Assembly: GCA_963828195.1 (NCBI GenBank) | Contig: CAWHDT010000005.1 | Span: 512,001-576,000 of the forward strand | DNA from: Candidatus Bathyarchaeota archaeon | Lineage (GTDB): Archaea; Thermoproteota; Bathyarchaeia; Bathyarchaeales; Bathycorpusculaceae | DNA: 64,000 nt | Reading direction: 5' to 3' | Shown here: positions 1 to 9,845 of the stretch, piece after piece | Layout of the letters: every line of letters starts with the position of its first letter | Numbering within the stretch: the stretch's first letter is position 1 | Notes under the pieces: generated by a model | The model's input: the letters and a program-made list of their open reading frames with translations, nothing else | What the model was told of the DNA's origin: nothing | Databases searched by the model: none | Translations under genes and position numbers: made by a program

Positions 1-1182
1 TGAGACAGCGCTTATTTTGGTCGGTTTCGCCTGGCTTGAGTTTACAACGACGTGTCTGCCGATTATGCTGTCGTACACTTCAGCGTTTTCCCCAATTATC
101 ACTCGGTCCATTACCGCTGAGTTGGTTACAATGGCGTTTTTGCCGATTCGGGTGAAGTTGTCGATGCATGAATCCACGATTCTTGCGCCATCGTCAATTT
201 GGCAGTGGCGTCCAATCAAAACGGCGCCTTCAATGGTGATTTTCTTCTGTTTTATTTTATGGATTATTTCTTGGCGGCGTTTTTGTGAATCGCTGCTTTC
301 GCCCTGCACCCAAATCGGGTTCTCTTCATTTAATCTTCCGCCGAAGTCATGGAGGGTTGAAAAGCCCCCGTGAAGAAGGTTCTTCATGGCTTCAAGGTAG
401 CTCTTAGGTGTGCCCACGTCAAACCAGTTGCCTTTCAAAGTGTAACCGTACACTGGACGCCCGCTTTGGATTACGTATGGGATAAAGTCGTAGCCGAAAT
501 CTAACCTGTTTTTTTCTTTGACGATTTGCTGTACGCCTTTTTCCCTGAAAATTTTCTTCACTTCAGGCGATAAAACGTAAAGACCGGTGTTGGCAAGGTT
601 GCTGGGGGCATCCTTCGGCAGCGGCTTTTCAACAAATTTTTGTATTCGCCCATTCTTGTCGATGTCGGCTATTCCTAGGCCTTCCACGTTGTTGACTTCA
701 CGCAGCACAATGGTTAACGCAGCGCATTTTTCCTTGTGAAAATCAATTAAGCTCTTAACTTTTATGTCAAAAATGTTGTCGCCTTGCACAGCGAAAACCG
801 GGTTGTTAAGTTCATAGTACTCCATGTTTATTCTTGCTGAATCAGCGCTTCCTAAATCGTCAACGTTTGGCTGATATTTTATGTGGATGCGCGGCTTTAT
901 GTTATAACGGGCCGAGAAACCGTAGCCTGACTCAAAGTAGTCATAGAGGTCTCTATAGTTGGTGTAGCCTTTAACGCCGAATATGAAGTTGCGCAGGCCC
1001 TGGCTTGCCAGCGACAAAAGAGAAAACTCCACAAGCGGCCTATTCAAAAAGCGAAGGCAGGCTTTGCTTGTTTCAGCCGTCAACGGCAAAAGCCGCGTTG
1101 CTTTTCCGCCTACTGGAATAATTACCCTAATCTTTTCGGGCGCATAGGTATCTCCAACTAGAGGTGCATAATTGTTACTCAA
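1..1182 (-). CDS. Sugar-phosphate nucleotidyltransferase (mannose-1-P guanylyltransferase-like), runs off window start
   Basis: Manual translation from TTG at 1182 gives KIRVIIPVGGKATRLLPLTAETSKAC (N-terminal NTP-transferase motif) and later WFDVGTP. Not in the ORF track because it is truncated. Confidence 0.85.
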   Translation of the reverse strand, partial: MSNNYAPLVGDTYAPEKIRVIIPVGGKATRLLPLTAETSKACLRFLNRPLVEFSLLSLASQGLRNFIFGVKGYTNYRDLYDYFESGYGFSARYNIKPRIHIKYQPNVDDLGSADSARINMEYYELNNPVFAVQGDNIFDIKVKSLIDFHKEKCAALTIVLREVNNVEGLGIADIDKNGRIQKFVEKPLPKDAPSNLANTGLYVLSPEVKKIFREKGVQQIVKEKNRLDFGYDFIPYVIQSGRPVYGYTLKGNWFDVGTPKSYLEAMKNLLHGGFSTLHDFGGRLNEENPIWVQGESSDSQKRRQEIIHKIKQKKITIEGAVLIGRHCQIDDGARIVDSCIDNFTRIGKNAIVTNSAVMDRVIIGENAEVYDSIIGRHVVVNSSQAKPTKISAVS

Positions 1183-1396
1183 GGCTTCACAACCACTTAC
1201 TGCAATAAAGATAGGTTGTACGCTAATCCTTTTATTGTTTCTTATAAGGAAGAAAGGCGGAATAAACAGCTTAAATTATCTGGGGTTACAACAAGGGATT
1301 TACCCAGTAAAATGTAGATTCAATGTAAAAAGTAAAAGGAACCCATCCGTAGGGTCTATTTTTAGAAACAAAAAGGTCATTGGAAAAGAGGAGATT

Positions 1397-2263
1397 TTAG
1401 GCTGCTTTAGGTTTAGCTTTCTCGACCGCACCGCTTAAGCTTGACATTTCCGCGTTTGCTTTTCTTATCAGGTCGCCAATTGTTTCTTTGGTAGGTATGG
1501 CGGCGCCGACAGCTAATGCAACGGCTTTTTGATGTGCCATCTGCAATAAGGGTTTAATTGTGTCTTTCGATGGATAAGATATGCCTAGTGCTAACGCAAA
1601 GGCTTCTTGGTTGCTTTGCTCGACGCTTCGTCTTGTTGCATCAACATCAACCCTCAGCTGGTCACCGGTAATCATTAAGCCATCATCAAAAACTGCGCGC
1701 ATCGAAATGCCGAGTTCAACAGCTTTGATGCCTAGTTTTGATAGGACCCCAGCGAGGCGCTCGTTGATTTCTTCGCCCCTGCGAACAACCAAAGTGTCTT
1801 TGCTGACCCAGACGCTTCCAGACTCGATTCGTGTAGGCAAACCAACAGCGTTTAATTGGCTGATGAATGGGCCTGGAGGTTGACCCGTGTTGCCAGATGG
1901 AACAACCACGTCGTTAGCGGCGATGTCGCCTGACTTGGCGGTTGTTCTTACTTTGCCCCTTTCCAGCAGCAAAGCCAGTTTGAACGGGTTTAAGTCTGTG
2001 AACAGGTAAACGTTTGAGCCGTCCAAGTATTCCTCAAGTTTCTTTAAATCTTCTTGATTCATCTCTTCAATAGCGAGCTTCATCAAAGTATTCTTTAAAA
2101 CGCGGAGGTACACTTTGCCAGCCATACTTTTCTTGATTTCTTGAAGTTGAGAAGCACGGACCTTCTGCAGGCTAGCGATGCCAATGGATTTGTACTCTTT
2201 CATTATGCTTTTTATCGAATCTACTTGGCTTGATTTTTCGTCTAATACTTGTTGGGACGGCAT
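1397..2263 (-). CDS. rpl10: 50S ribosomal protein L10 (P0)
   Basis: KNTLMKLA and GNTGQPPGP motifs; position in the L11-L1-L10 cluster. Confidence 0.95.
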   Translation of the reverse strand: MPSQQVLDEKSSQVDSIKSIMKEYKSIGIASLQKVRASQLQEIKKSMAGKVYLRVLKNTLMKLAIEEMNQEDLKKLEEYLDGSNVYLFTDLNPFKLALLLERGKVRTTAKSGDIAANDVVVPSGNTGQPPGPFISQLNAVGLPTRIESGSVWVSKDTLVVRRGEEINERLAGVLSKLGIKAVELGISMRAVFDDGLMITGDQLRVDVDATRRSVEQSNQEAFALALGISYPSKDTIKPLLQMAHQKAVALAVGAAIPTKETIGDLIRKANAEMSSLSGAVEKAKPKAA

Positions 2264-2278
2264 GATTTTTCTTCTCTG

Positions 2279-2929
2279 TCACGGTTTAATTTTTACTGGC
2301 TCACCCATAGATGTTTTGATAAAAGCGTACTTTACGTTTTTCAAGCCACGCTTAAGTTTTCCATCTAAAACACGAAGAACCGTCATGATGTTATCGACAA
2401 GTTCTTCATCCTTCATCTGTTGAGTGCCAACTGAAACTTGAATGATCGGTTGATTGCGCATTCTCACAACCACGGTTTTGCGGTGCTTACTTATTATAGC
2501 TGCAATGTCAGCGTTCGGCGGAACAGGAATAGGCATTTTTCCTCTAGGTCCCAAAACTGGACCAAGAATTCTGCCTACCAGCGGCATCAAGGGTGCTTCG
2601 GAGATGAAAACGTCATATTCGGTGGCAAGCTTGCGAAGTTCCTTCTTTTTACCGTTCAACGTATCTAAGTCAGCGCGTTCTATAACGTGGTCAGCTTGTG
2701 CGTTTTTTGCTTTAAATGCAAATTCTCCAGAAGCAATGACACATATCTTGTTGGGCTTTCCAGTTGCGTGAGGAAGCTCGACGACTTCTTGGATTTTGCC
2801 TTCTGGCGCCTTCATATCGATCTCTACAATATCTAAGATCATATCTACGGTCTGGTTGAATTTTTTTTCGCCAGACTTCGCCTTTGCCTGTTTAACTGCT
2901 TCTGAAATTGTTTTGTTGTCTAGGGGCAT
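2279..2929 (-). CDS. rpl1: 50S ribosomal protein L1
   Basis: KFNQTVD, LGPVLGPRGKMP and KTSMG motifs; ATG at 2929 preferred. Confidence 0.97.
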   Translation of the reverse strand: MPLDNKTISEAVKQAKAKSGEKKFNQTVDMILDIVEIDMKAPEGKIQEVVELPHATGKPNKICVIASGEFAFKAKNAQADHVIERADLDTLNGKKKELRKLATEYDVFISEAPLMPLVGRILGPVLGPRGKMPIPVPPNADIAAIISKHRKTVVVRMRNQPIIQVSVGTQQMKDEELVDNIMTVLRVLDGKLKRGLKNVKYAFIKTSMGEPVKIKP

Positions 2930-2987
2930 TTTTAAGCCTCGTGCCAATGAGGGATTAGAAACCCATTATAAAAATATTCGCTTATCA

Positions 2988-3476
2988 TTATTCGGTACCA
3001 AATAGCTGTTCGTAGTTGCCAGCATCAATGTCTTTTTGCACTTCACGGGGGTCTTTGCCTTCAACAGTAACGCCTAAACTAACGCAGGTTCCAAGCATCT
3101 CTTTGGTTGCCTTCTTCAGTGTTGGCGATAAAAGCTCAGGACGCTTAATTTTTGCGATGCGAACCATCTGCTCCATAGACAAATCCCCTACTTTAACAGT
3201 GTTGGGTGTTCCTGAACCCTTCTCTATTTTCAGTTCAGCGACGATTAGGGCTGAAGCGGTTGGGGTGCCTATGTTTACGTCAAAGGTTTTGTCTTCAGTG
3301 TTAACGCTAATTTTTACTGGAACTTTCATTCCAGCATAGTCTTTGGTTAGCTCGTTAATTTTGTTGACGATAGCCATAATGTTGACGCCTAATGGGCCAA
3401 GAGCAGGACCTAACGGTGGACCTGCATTGGCTTGTCCGCCACTTACGAGCAACTCTACAACTTTTTTCTCGCTCAT
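2988..3476 (-). CDS. rpl11: 50S ribosomal protein L11
   Basis: GGQANAGPPLGPALGPLG and GTCVSLGV motifs. Confidence 0.97.
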   Translation of the reverse strand: MSEKKVVELLVSGGQANAGPPLGPALGPLGVNIMAIVNKINELTKDYAGMKVPVKISVNTEDKTFDVNIGTPTASALIVAELKIEKGSGTPNTVKVGDLSMEQMVRIAKIKRPELLSPTLKKATKEMLGTCVSLGVTVEGKDPREVQKDIDAGNYEQLFGTE

Positions 3477-3492
3477 TTTTTTCACCAGTTTA

Positions 3493-3963
3493 TTACTTTG
3501 CTTTTTCTACTAGTTTTACATAGTCTGAATGTACCGTGATTGGTAAGGTGAATGTTGCCTCAAGCAATTCAAGGGTTACTTCGCCTTTTGCCTTGTCTAA
3601 TCTTGTGATTTTGGCTCTCATGCCTTTGAAAGGTCCACCAGTTATTTCGACGACGTCATCTTCGTTGAGGTCTTCCATGACTGGTTTTCGGACGATGTAG
3701 CGTTCTATCTCGCTGAAGCTTACTAGCCCAGGGATTCTTGAGCGTACATGCCTCAACCCCGTGATGGCTTCTTCCACCAAATGTGGACCGTCCGCTTCCA
3801 CGAACACGTACCCTTTTAACGTGTCTGGCACAAGAAGAGCTTTTATTGGAATATGATTCATTTCAACTTTTGATGCAATCAATCGGGCAACATTTCGTTC
3901 TTGTCCAGTAGTGGTTTTTACAACGAAAATTTTTGCTTGCGATTGCTCTTCTTTCTTGTCCAT
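3493..3963 (-). CDS. spt5: Transcription elongation factor Spt5/NusG
   Basis: NGN domain (KGYVFVEA) and KOW motif (VEITGGPFKG). Confidence 0.96.
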   Translation of the reverse strand: MDKKEEQSQAKIFVVKTTTGQERNVARLIASKVEMNHIPIKALLVPDTLKGYVFVEADGPHLVEEAITGLRHVRSRIPGLVSFSEIERYIVRKPVMEDLNEDDVVEITGGPFKGMRAKITRLDKAKGEVTLELLEATFTLPITVHSDYVKLVEKAK

Positions 3964-3979
3964 GAATTCAGGTTTCCTT

Positions 3980-4171
3980 TTAAGATGATGTTCCTGCTAC
4001 GCCTGCGCCGCCTATTGCGTATGCTAAGAGTTTAATTACGAAACCGATTAAACCAATTGCGCCGATGCCTAAGAGGCTGATTTTTATGGATAGCATGAGT
4101 TCTTCTCTTCCTGGTTTTACAGCTAACTTTAAGGTTCTTCCCGCTTGACTTAACCAAGATTTTATTCCCAT
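3980..4171 (-). CDS. secE: Protein translocase SecE/Sec61-gamma
   Basis: LKLAVKPGREE followed by one TM helix; directly upstream of spt5. Confidence 0.9.
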   Translation of the reverse strand: MGIKSWLSQAGRTLKLAVKPGREELMLSIKISLLGIGAIGLIGFVIKLLAYAIGGAGVAGTSS

Positions 4172-4328
4172 ATGCATCGCACACTCAAGATTTCATTTAT
4201 GAATAATAAACGTTGCTGTAACTTAGTTTAAAAAATGGATTATCAGCACCTTTAAAGCTTCTCTACAAGGCTAACTATTTTGTGGTTAAACTTTCTTGAA
4301 AGCTTTTTTTCCGGGTTTAGATTTTTAA

Positions 4329-4456
4329 GTTGCGACTTTGCCGGGACGTAAGTTGCGACTTTCAGGCTGGGTTCTTTGCGTTTCGGGTTGCTTTTTTGGT
4401 TCAGGCTTAGGTTCTGGTTGCCCGTTGCGACTTTGGGATGGGCGGGTTGCGACCTT
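4329..4456. repeat. Four copies of GTTGCGAC(T/C)TT arranged as two pairs
   Basis: Copies at 4329, 4352, 4424 and 4446. Confidence 0.7.
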
Positions 4457-4512
4457 CCATGTTGGCTCCATGTTGAAGCTATTGTCGGTTTTGGGCGCGG
4501 CGCCTAATGCGC

Positions 4513-5865
4513 TTAGGGACCACCACTTATTATCTTTGAAATTCGCACGGCTAGGTCTGTAATTTGAAGAACTGATGGCAATGCCTTCTCTATCCCTTCC
4601 CATATACTTTTGAGCATACTCTTCTTCGGATTGGGCTTTTGAAGTTCTTCATTGAAACAATCGAATAACTCCGCAGCCTCTTTGTTGCCTGTCTTTTCAA
4701 TTTCTTTAGCTACTTGCAGAAGAGCCATCGCAGTATCTCTGTCGTATTTCTTTTGGATTTTGTTAAAAGATCGTTTTACTTTGGATCTATTGATTATCGT
4801 AGAGTTATTGATATTGCTAAAAATGTCTCCCGTATGCAATTCTCCTATGTTTATTGTTATTCCCGCATAGGATTTATAAGCATTAATGCGCTCGGTGTTT
4901 AAGCTGTTGTCAAACAATTCTTTGATTGTGAATTCTACAGGATTTTCAAAATGTTGGTAGCATTCATCAAAATCAGTAAGGATGGGCGGGTTATTCATTC
5001 CTGAATGCCTCGAGGCGTAATCCTTCAGCCAATCCACTGCCTCTCTCAAACTCTTTTTCGACCCCGGATTAAATGAGCAAAACGACCACATTTTTGCCAT
5101 ATTTGTTGTATACCCATCCAACTTGAGCTGCGTTTTGTCGGGATCCTCATAGTCAAAGTATGGGCTTGGGAACATTATTGCCACATTTGCGAGTAATCGG
5201 TTCTCAGGAGAGGATTCAATAATTTCGAAGTCTTCTGCGAATAGACAATACTTAGGTACATCTCGAGAGTATTGAAAGATGGATAAATTAGTTGGTAGCA
5301 GCTTAAGTGAACCTGTGAGGTTGGTAATGCAACCTCCCGTCTTCTTAATAGGCTCTATCAAAGCTCGATATTGTTCTTTATCCAATGCAACGGGGATTCC
5401 TTCATGAACAGCTCCCGTAGAAGTAGCACCCAAAAAATGAGTTTCTGCATCGTCCACCTTCTTTGAACCCAACCGCACGGAACCCACGCCTCCGAGCACC
5501 ATTTTAAGCTTTCCAAAGGGCTGGTACTCCGCCTTTTCGAAATCAAAAAATTTGTTAGCCGCAGCCCTTGACTGAATCGCCTCTTCTGTAAAATATCTTC
5601 CTGGCGAATAGGGCAACCATTCGGTTAAATGGAAGTTTTCTAGATGAACATTCATTTGCTCGAAGTGAGTGCCTTTTATTGCGTGCAACCAGAAAGTTTC
5701 GTTATTTTTATAGGTGAAGTTTTTCTTCGATGTTCTTGCTTTAAAAGGGTGCTTATAGAGAGCTAAATCAAAAAAATCAGCGAAAAGCCGGACGAAGTCA
5801 GTTTTGTTAATCTTGCTGACTGGGGCTCCTTTGAAGCCCAAGAAACTTTTTCTATCCACATCCAT
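4513..5865 (-). CDS. Hypothetical protein (about 450 aa) with C-terminal helical domain; island cargo
   Basis: Long ORF; ATG at 5865 chosen to avoid overlap with the 6072 gene; no family confidently recognised. Confidence 0.7.
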   Translation of the reverse strand: MDVDRKSFLGFKGAPVSKINKTDFVRLFADFFDLALYKHPFKARTSKKNFTYKNNETFWLHAIKGTHFEQMNVHLENFHLTEWLPYSPGRYFTEEAIQSRAAANKFFDFEKAEYQPFGKLKMVLGGVGSVRLGSKKVDDAETHFLGATSTGAVHEGIPVALDKEQYRALIEPIKKTGGCITNLTGSLKLLPTNLSIFQYSRDVPKYCLFAEDFEIIESSPENRLLANVAIMFPSPYFDYEDPDKTQLKLDGYTTNMAKMWSFCSFNPGSKKSLREAVDWLKDYASRHSGMNNPPILTDFDECYQHFENPVEFTIKELFDNSLNTERINAYKSYAGITINIGELHTGDIFSNINNSTIINRSKVKRSFNKIQKKYDRDTAMALLQVAKEIEKTGNKEAAELFDCFNEELQKPNPKKSMLKSIWEGIEKALPSVLQITDLAVRISKIISGGP

Positions 5866-6071
5866 TTGCGGGCACTTGTTCCTTGGAGCCAATATTAGAT
5901 CTGCATATAAATTAGAGTTTCGAAAGTCGCGCGCGCTGAATAGGTTTTCCGCATGTGAAAAGTTTGTTACTTTCGATCCGCAGAAGGAAATCGCCACCGC
6001 TTCCGATTCCGTCCCAAGACCAGCAGGAATAATTAAATCACATTTGTGTCCTATAGTCTTTAGTCGGTTCA

Positions 6072-6617
6072 ATGAAATACAAATACAGTCTAACTTATGA
6101 TTTCGTTCGGTCACGGCAATTAGACAATTCCTACGATCAAGGTCCTGAAGTTGGAGTCTGGCCCATAACTGCTTACCGGGTCGATTACGGCTGGGGTAAA
6201 GTTCCTGCAGAATACTGGCCTGACACTAAGGAAAACCGTGCTAAGTGGCCACCCACGGAGCCACCAGGGCTCGACTTAATAGCTAAAAAATATCGCGGAT
6301 CGAGTTACCAGCGGATCCGTTCGGTGGATGACGGTAGGTTAGCCATATTCTACAATTTAGGTTTTGGCGCGGCATTTATGATAACCAACCAGTGGCTTTG
6401 TGCTAAGCAAGGGATAATTTCAGACTTGGAACCAGTTCTTATAGGGGCTGCCCATTTTGTGGATATTGTAGGGTACAATGATCGTCTCAAGTCCCTTCGT
6501 TTTGCCAATTGTTGGGGGAAAGATTGGGGCGATAAAGGCTACGGCCAGCTCTCTTACGAATATTTCCAGAATCATTATGTCGAGGGTTGGACCAGTATTG
6601 GTTGGTTGGTTGGGTGA
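6072..6617 (+). pseudogene. Papain-like C1 peptidase, lacking the N-terminal catalytic Cys segment
   Basis: HFVDIVGYND and FANCWGKDWGDKGYG (His and Asn catalytic regions); no QxxxGSC motif found. Confidence 0.7.
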
Positions 6618-6630
6618 ACAAATACATTTA

Positions 6631-7137
6631 ATGGAAACCAACAATCTCAAAGGGGTAGCAGTAAACAAATACTATATTGCTAGCCCTCTCAATTATCCAG
6701 TGACATTAATTGAAATAGCTGATCCCACTAAGGATGAAAGAATAGGTTGGGCTACAGCAATTCCACGTGAAGGATGGATTGATGTTGAAGAACTATTCGT
6801 TAGACCTTCATATCGAAATAATGGATATGGAAGAACCTTGTCAATTGAACTTCAGAAATTTTCCATTAAGAGAAAATTGCCTTTAAGATTATGGATACCT
6901 CACTCAGACATTGAAGGAGACCGCCGAATATTAAAAAAGGTAGTAGAAAACTTGGGATTAACTCTCAAACCATCCGGAGTTCGGTGGGCAAGTTTTAAAG
7001 CTGAACCTTATGTTTCGACAGGGACGGATACTGACCTTACGGTTCAACCCCCGCCGAGCGCCGTTAAGCCTTCTTTCCGTTGGCTATATGCATCCAATGA
7101 CCAGTTAAGAAGAACCGAGCGCAAGGACAAAAAATAA
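6631..7137 (+). CDS. GNAT acetyltransferase domain; probably the frameshifted C-terminus of the peptidase
   Basis: VEELFVRPSYRNNGYGRTL acetyl-CoA binding motif A. Confidence 0.75.
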   Translation: METNNLKGVAVNKYYIASPLNYPVTLIEIADPTKDERIGWATAIPREGWIDVEELFVRPSYRNNGYGRTLSIELQKFSIKRKLPLRLWIPHSDIEGDRRILKKVVENLGLTLKPSGVRWASFKAEPYVSTGTDTDLTVQPPPSAVKPSFRWLYASNDQLRRTERKDKK

Positions 7138-7202
7138 CTTATTCGCTTAAAGTCATAAAGACCACATTAACAAAAAAAATTGGGTGATATCTCTTGCAGG
7201 GC

Positions 7203-7230
7203 GTAGGATCAAATCCCTCCCCGCCCGCCA
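7203..7230 (+). other. tRNA 3'-end remnant (att-like)
   Basis: ATCAAAT-CCCTC-CCCGCCC-G-CCA reads as T-loop, T-stem 3' strand, acceptor 3' strand and CCA; no 5' half upstream. Confidence 0.55.
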
Positions 7231-7272
7231 ATTGCTTTTTCGGCTACTTTCCCTTTGTATAGCGCTTAGAGT

Positions 7273-7743
7273 TCATTTAATGATGGAATTGAGGTAACTA
7301 TGGTATTCTTTGACAGCGTCATCCGGAAAAGGGGTGACTACTACGATTTCTTTAACTTTGGCAAGTTCCCTGTCCAGCGAGTAGACAACGGTTGTACCTA
7401 GGCTTCTAGCAAGCGAAATCAGGTATCCGTCCCAAGATTCTACGTCATACGTCGAGGCGTAATCTAGAGCGTCTGTAGCCAGATGTGTCGAAATATGAGG
7501 ATAAAGAGCGGCTGATCCAGATGTGAGGATTCCCTCCATTATCTTCTTGGCGGTTAATCTTGGAACTCTTAAGTATCGAGTAGTTATGTGGTAAGCTCCC
7601 AGAATGGAGGAAACTGGAATTACCGCTCTCCTTTTTTCCTTTAATGCTTCTGAAAGAAAGGTTATGCTGTAATCTTTGAGAGGGTTCTCGAAACAGCAGG
7701 GAACCACAACGCCAATATCGACGACGCCTTCAGGACAAGCCAA
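7273..7743 (-). CDS. vapC: PIN-domain (VapC-like) toxin
   Basis: VVDIG, SWDGYLISLA and YSLDREL PIN motifs; overlaps the AbrB gene; start uncertain. Confidence 0.8.
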   Translation of the reverse strand: MACPEGVVDIGVVVPCCFENPLKDYSITFLSEALKEKRRAVIPVSSILGAYHITTRYLRVPRLTAKKIMEGILTSGSAALYPHISTHLATDALDYASTYDVESWDGYLISLARSLGTTVVYSLDRELAKVKEIVVVTPFPDDAVKEYHSYLNSIIK

Positions 7744-8005
7744 GCTTTCTTCTCGCGTATTCACGGCTCATCCACTTCCAGCTTTCTGTAGACTGTTCAG
7801 TGAAAGCTTGTGCTTTAAAATTCCTTGAAAGGTTCTCCCAATCTTGCACTTTTTTTTCTACATCTTTTTTCAGTGGTTCAAGTATGACTCGTTGGCCATC
7901 GATTCGCAGTGTTATTTGTCCCCCTTGCTTAATTCCAAAAGTTTCTCTTACTCGGGCAGGCAACACCATCCTTCCCTGTTCATCCACTTTTATGGCATTT
8001 TCCAT
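7730..8005 (-). CDS. vapB: AbrB/MazE-type antitoxin
   Basis: KVDEQGRMVLPARVRETFGI swapped-hairpin motif. Confidence 0.85.
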   Translation of the reverse strand: MENAIKVDEQGRMVLPARVRETFGIKQGGQITLRIDGQRVILEPLKKDVEKKVQDWENLSRNFKAQAFTEQSTESWKWMSREYARRKLGLS

Positions 8006-8156
8006 CTTTACCACCACAAACAATATCTTTCCTCAGGGCTATAAACTTTTTAACTCAGCAGTAACCAATCTTGGTCTACTGCCCTATTCGTTATTCGGCT
8101 CTTAAGATTAAATTGCATTTACTTTCAAAATCATAGCCAATCAGCCTTCCAAGTGG

Positions 8157-8579
8157 CTAGAGCAGTTCGATAGGGTAGTTTTTTGCTTGGAGTTTCCTGT
8201 ACTGGGTCGCTTCGTCCGCTGTTATGCAGACGGCTTTTCTGTGTTCCGCAATGGAGACTGGCAAGGCGTCATAGAAAGTAACTTTTCCTTCATAGGCTAT
8301 TTCAGCCGTTCTTGTCAGGATAGTTTCGCTCAAATGTACAATGTTGAGGTGGAGACCTAACAAGCTGGTGAGTGCTTTTCTTAATTTTTCGGTGTCGTAA
8401 TCTGGTTTGTACCTTAAAGCGTTGGCAACTTCGGCGATCAGTATTTCTGAGCCCGTTAGTTTCAGTGAACCCTGTGTAAATGAATCCCTGAGTCTTAAGG
8501 CCTCGTCCGTCTTGATTTCTGTGCTAAACCACTTAACCACAACCGAAGAGTCAAGAACTACTTCTCGGCATCTCTCCAT
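8157..8579 (-). CDS. vapC: PIN-domain VapC toxin
   Basis: VVLDSSVVVKWF, EVANAL, TFYDALPV and ITAD motifs. Confidence 0.9.
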   Translation of the reverse strand: MERCREVVLDSSVVVKWFSTEIKTDEALRLRDSFTQGSLKLTGSEILIAEVANALRYKPDYDTEKLRKALTSLLGLHLNIVHLSETILTRTAEIAYEGKVTFYDALPVSIAEHRKAVCITADEATQYRKLQAKNYPIELL

Positions 8580-8779
8580 TTGCGTATCTCCTTAGTGCCG
8601 TCCCATTTTATCTTGCTTTCAACCCTTAGTTTGTCTATTGCTGCTGCAGCACACTGTATCTCTTCTCTACGCGCGGCTTCTTCGAAGGCTTTTCTTGCAA
8701 CTTCGCTCCAGTTGATGTTTTTGCAGTGCTGCATGCGGTCCTTCAATTCTTCAGGAATCCTTACTGTAATGTTACTCAT
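8558..8779 (-). CDS. vapB: RHH antitoxin (VapB3-like)
   Basis: ITVRIPEELK...INWSEVARKAFE. Confidence 0.85.
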   Translation of the reverse strand: MSNITVRIPEELKDRMQHCKNINWSEVARKAFEEAARREEIQCAAAAIDKLRVESKIKWDGTKEIRKWRDAEK

Positions 8780-8892
8780 GTACATTCACTTGAGCACATA
8801 TTTTTTGCACATACAAGAACGTACTTCTTGCCATAAATATCTTCCTCTTGTTTGCGGTAGTTTTTGTGGGCGATAGGACGGTGAAGGTTTCT

Positions 8893-9717
8893 TTAGAGTT
8901 TCTTGTAGGACAAATTAACCTCTTGCAGGGCAGAGAGCAACTTTGGTTTGTCTTGGCTTCTGATTCCCTTCCAGTCAAGAACCGCCGACGAAACCTTCTC
9001 AAAAGTTCTCTGGACGCACTGTGCTAACATTTCAGCGTCAACTAGCGAAACAGCGTATTTGGGTATCATGTGGCCGAAAACGGCTTCGCCAGCTAAAGCC
9101 ATAGACGTGAACTTCTGGTTGTAGTGGGTTCCGCCTACGCCAAGGACCGCTTCGCTGCTATAAGCTGAGAAGTTAGCGACCGCGGTCATTGCGGCGTGAG
9201 CAACGGCTTCTGCAGCTTTAGAATCACTCCACTGCGCTGGGGAGCTGCCTAACTCAACAAACATCGTTGGCAAATTCAAACTTGGACCATGATGAGTGCC
9301 CTCATATGTAACTTCATAGTTGAGGCTGAAATCTTCTTTGTAGCGTAAAAGCGCCTTTAAAGCGTCACGCATGGCTGTTGCGGGAGAAACGGAGATTGCC
9401 CGCGGCAACCCGCCCAGACCAGCATCGCCAAAGTTACCGGGGGTATGCACGGATAACGTGGGGGTTCCGCTTTGGCTGCTGTGGCGAGAAATAAAAACGA
9501 TAAGCTCAGCGTTCGGAAAATCATCTTGCAGGTACTGGGCGTTGACTGCTTCTTGGTTAAGCGTGATGAAGCTGATTTGTTTTCGGTTGATTTCTGCGGC
9601 ATAAACTGGGTTTTCTTGGTAGCTCTGCTTTGTCTTTGTGAACGGGTAGAGTTTAAGCATGTTCTCGGCTATGTTTACTCCCGCAATGTCACGGGTTGAA
9701 TGGACGAGCAGAATCAC
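8893..9717 (-). CDS. dtdA: D-aminoacyl-tRNA deacylase (archaeal DTD2, COG1650)
   Basis: FISRHSS, LSVHTPGN, EGTHHGPS, FVELGS and GGTHY motifs. Confidence 0.93.
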   Translation of the reverse strand: MILLVHSTRDIAGVNIAENMLKLYPFTKTKQSYQENPVYAAEINRKQISFITLNQEAVNAQYLQDDFPNAELIVFISRHSSQSGTPTLSVHTPGNFGDAGLGGLPRAISVSPATAMRDALKALLRYKEDFSLNYEVTYEGTHHGPSLNLPTMFVELGSSPAQWSDSKAAEAVAHAAMTAVANFSAYSSEAVLGVGGTHYNQKFTSMALAGEAVFGHMIPKYAVSLVDAEMLAQCVQRTFEKVSSAVLDWKGIRSQDKPKLLSALQEVNLSYKKL

Positions 9718-9845
9718 TATCGCATCTCCAAGTAACCCTTGTTAGTTAACTCTAAAAACATTGTCAAACGGCTTACTGTTTTGAATGGGTTTAACGCACT
9801 CAGAAGCAGTAAAGTTAAATCGCATAATCGCTTATTAGATAAATC

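Noticed and set aside
4329-4456. Mini CRISPR array
   Set aside because: Repeats are only 11 bp with irregular spacing, and there are no cas genes.
4440-4460. GGGCGGG as the 5' half of the tRNA whose 3' end is at 7230
   Set aside because: Complementary to the acceptor strand, but no D-arm or anticodon arm follows; likely chance.
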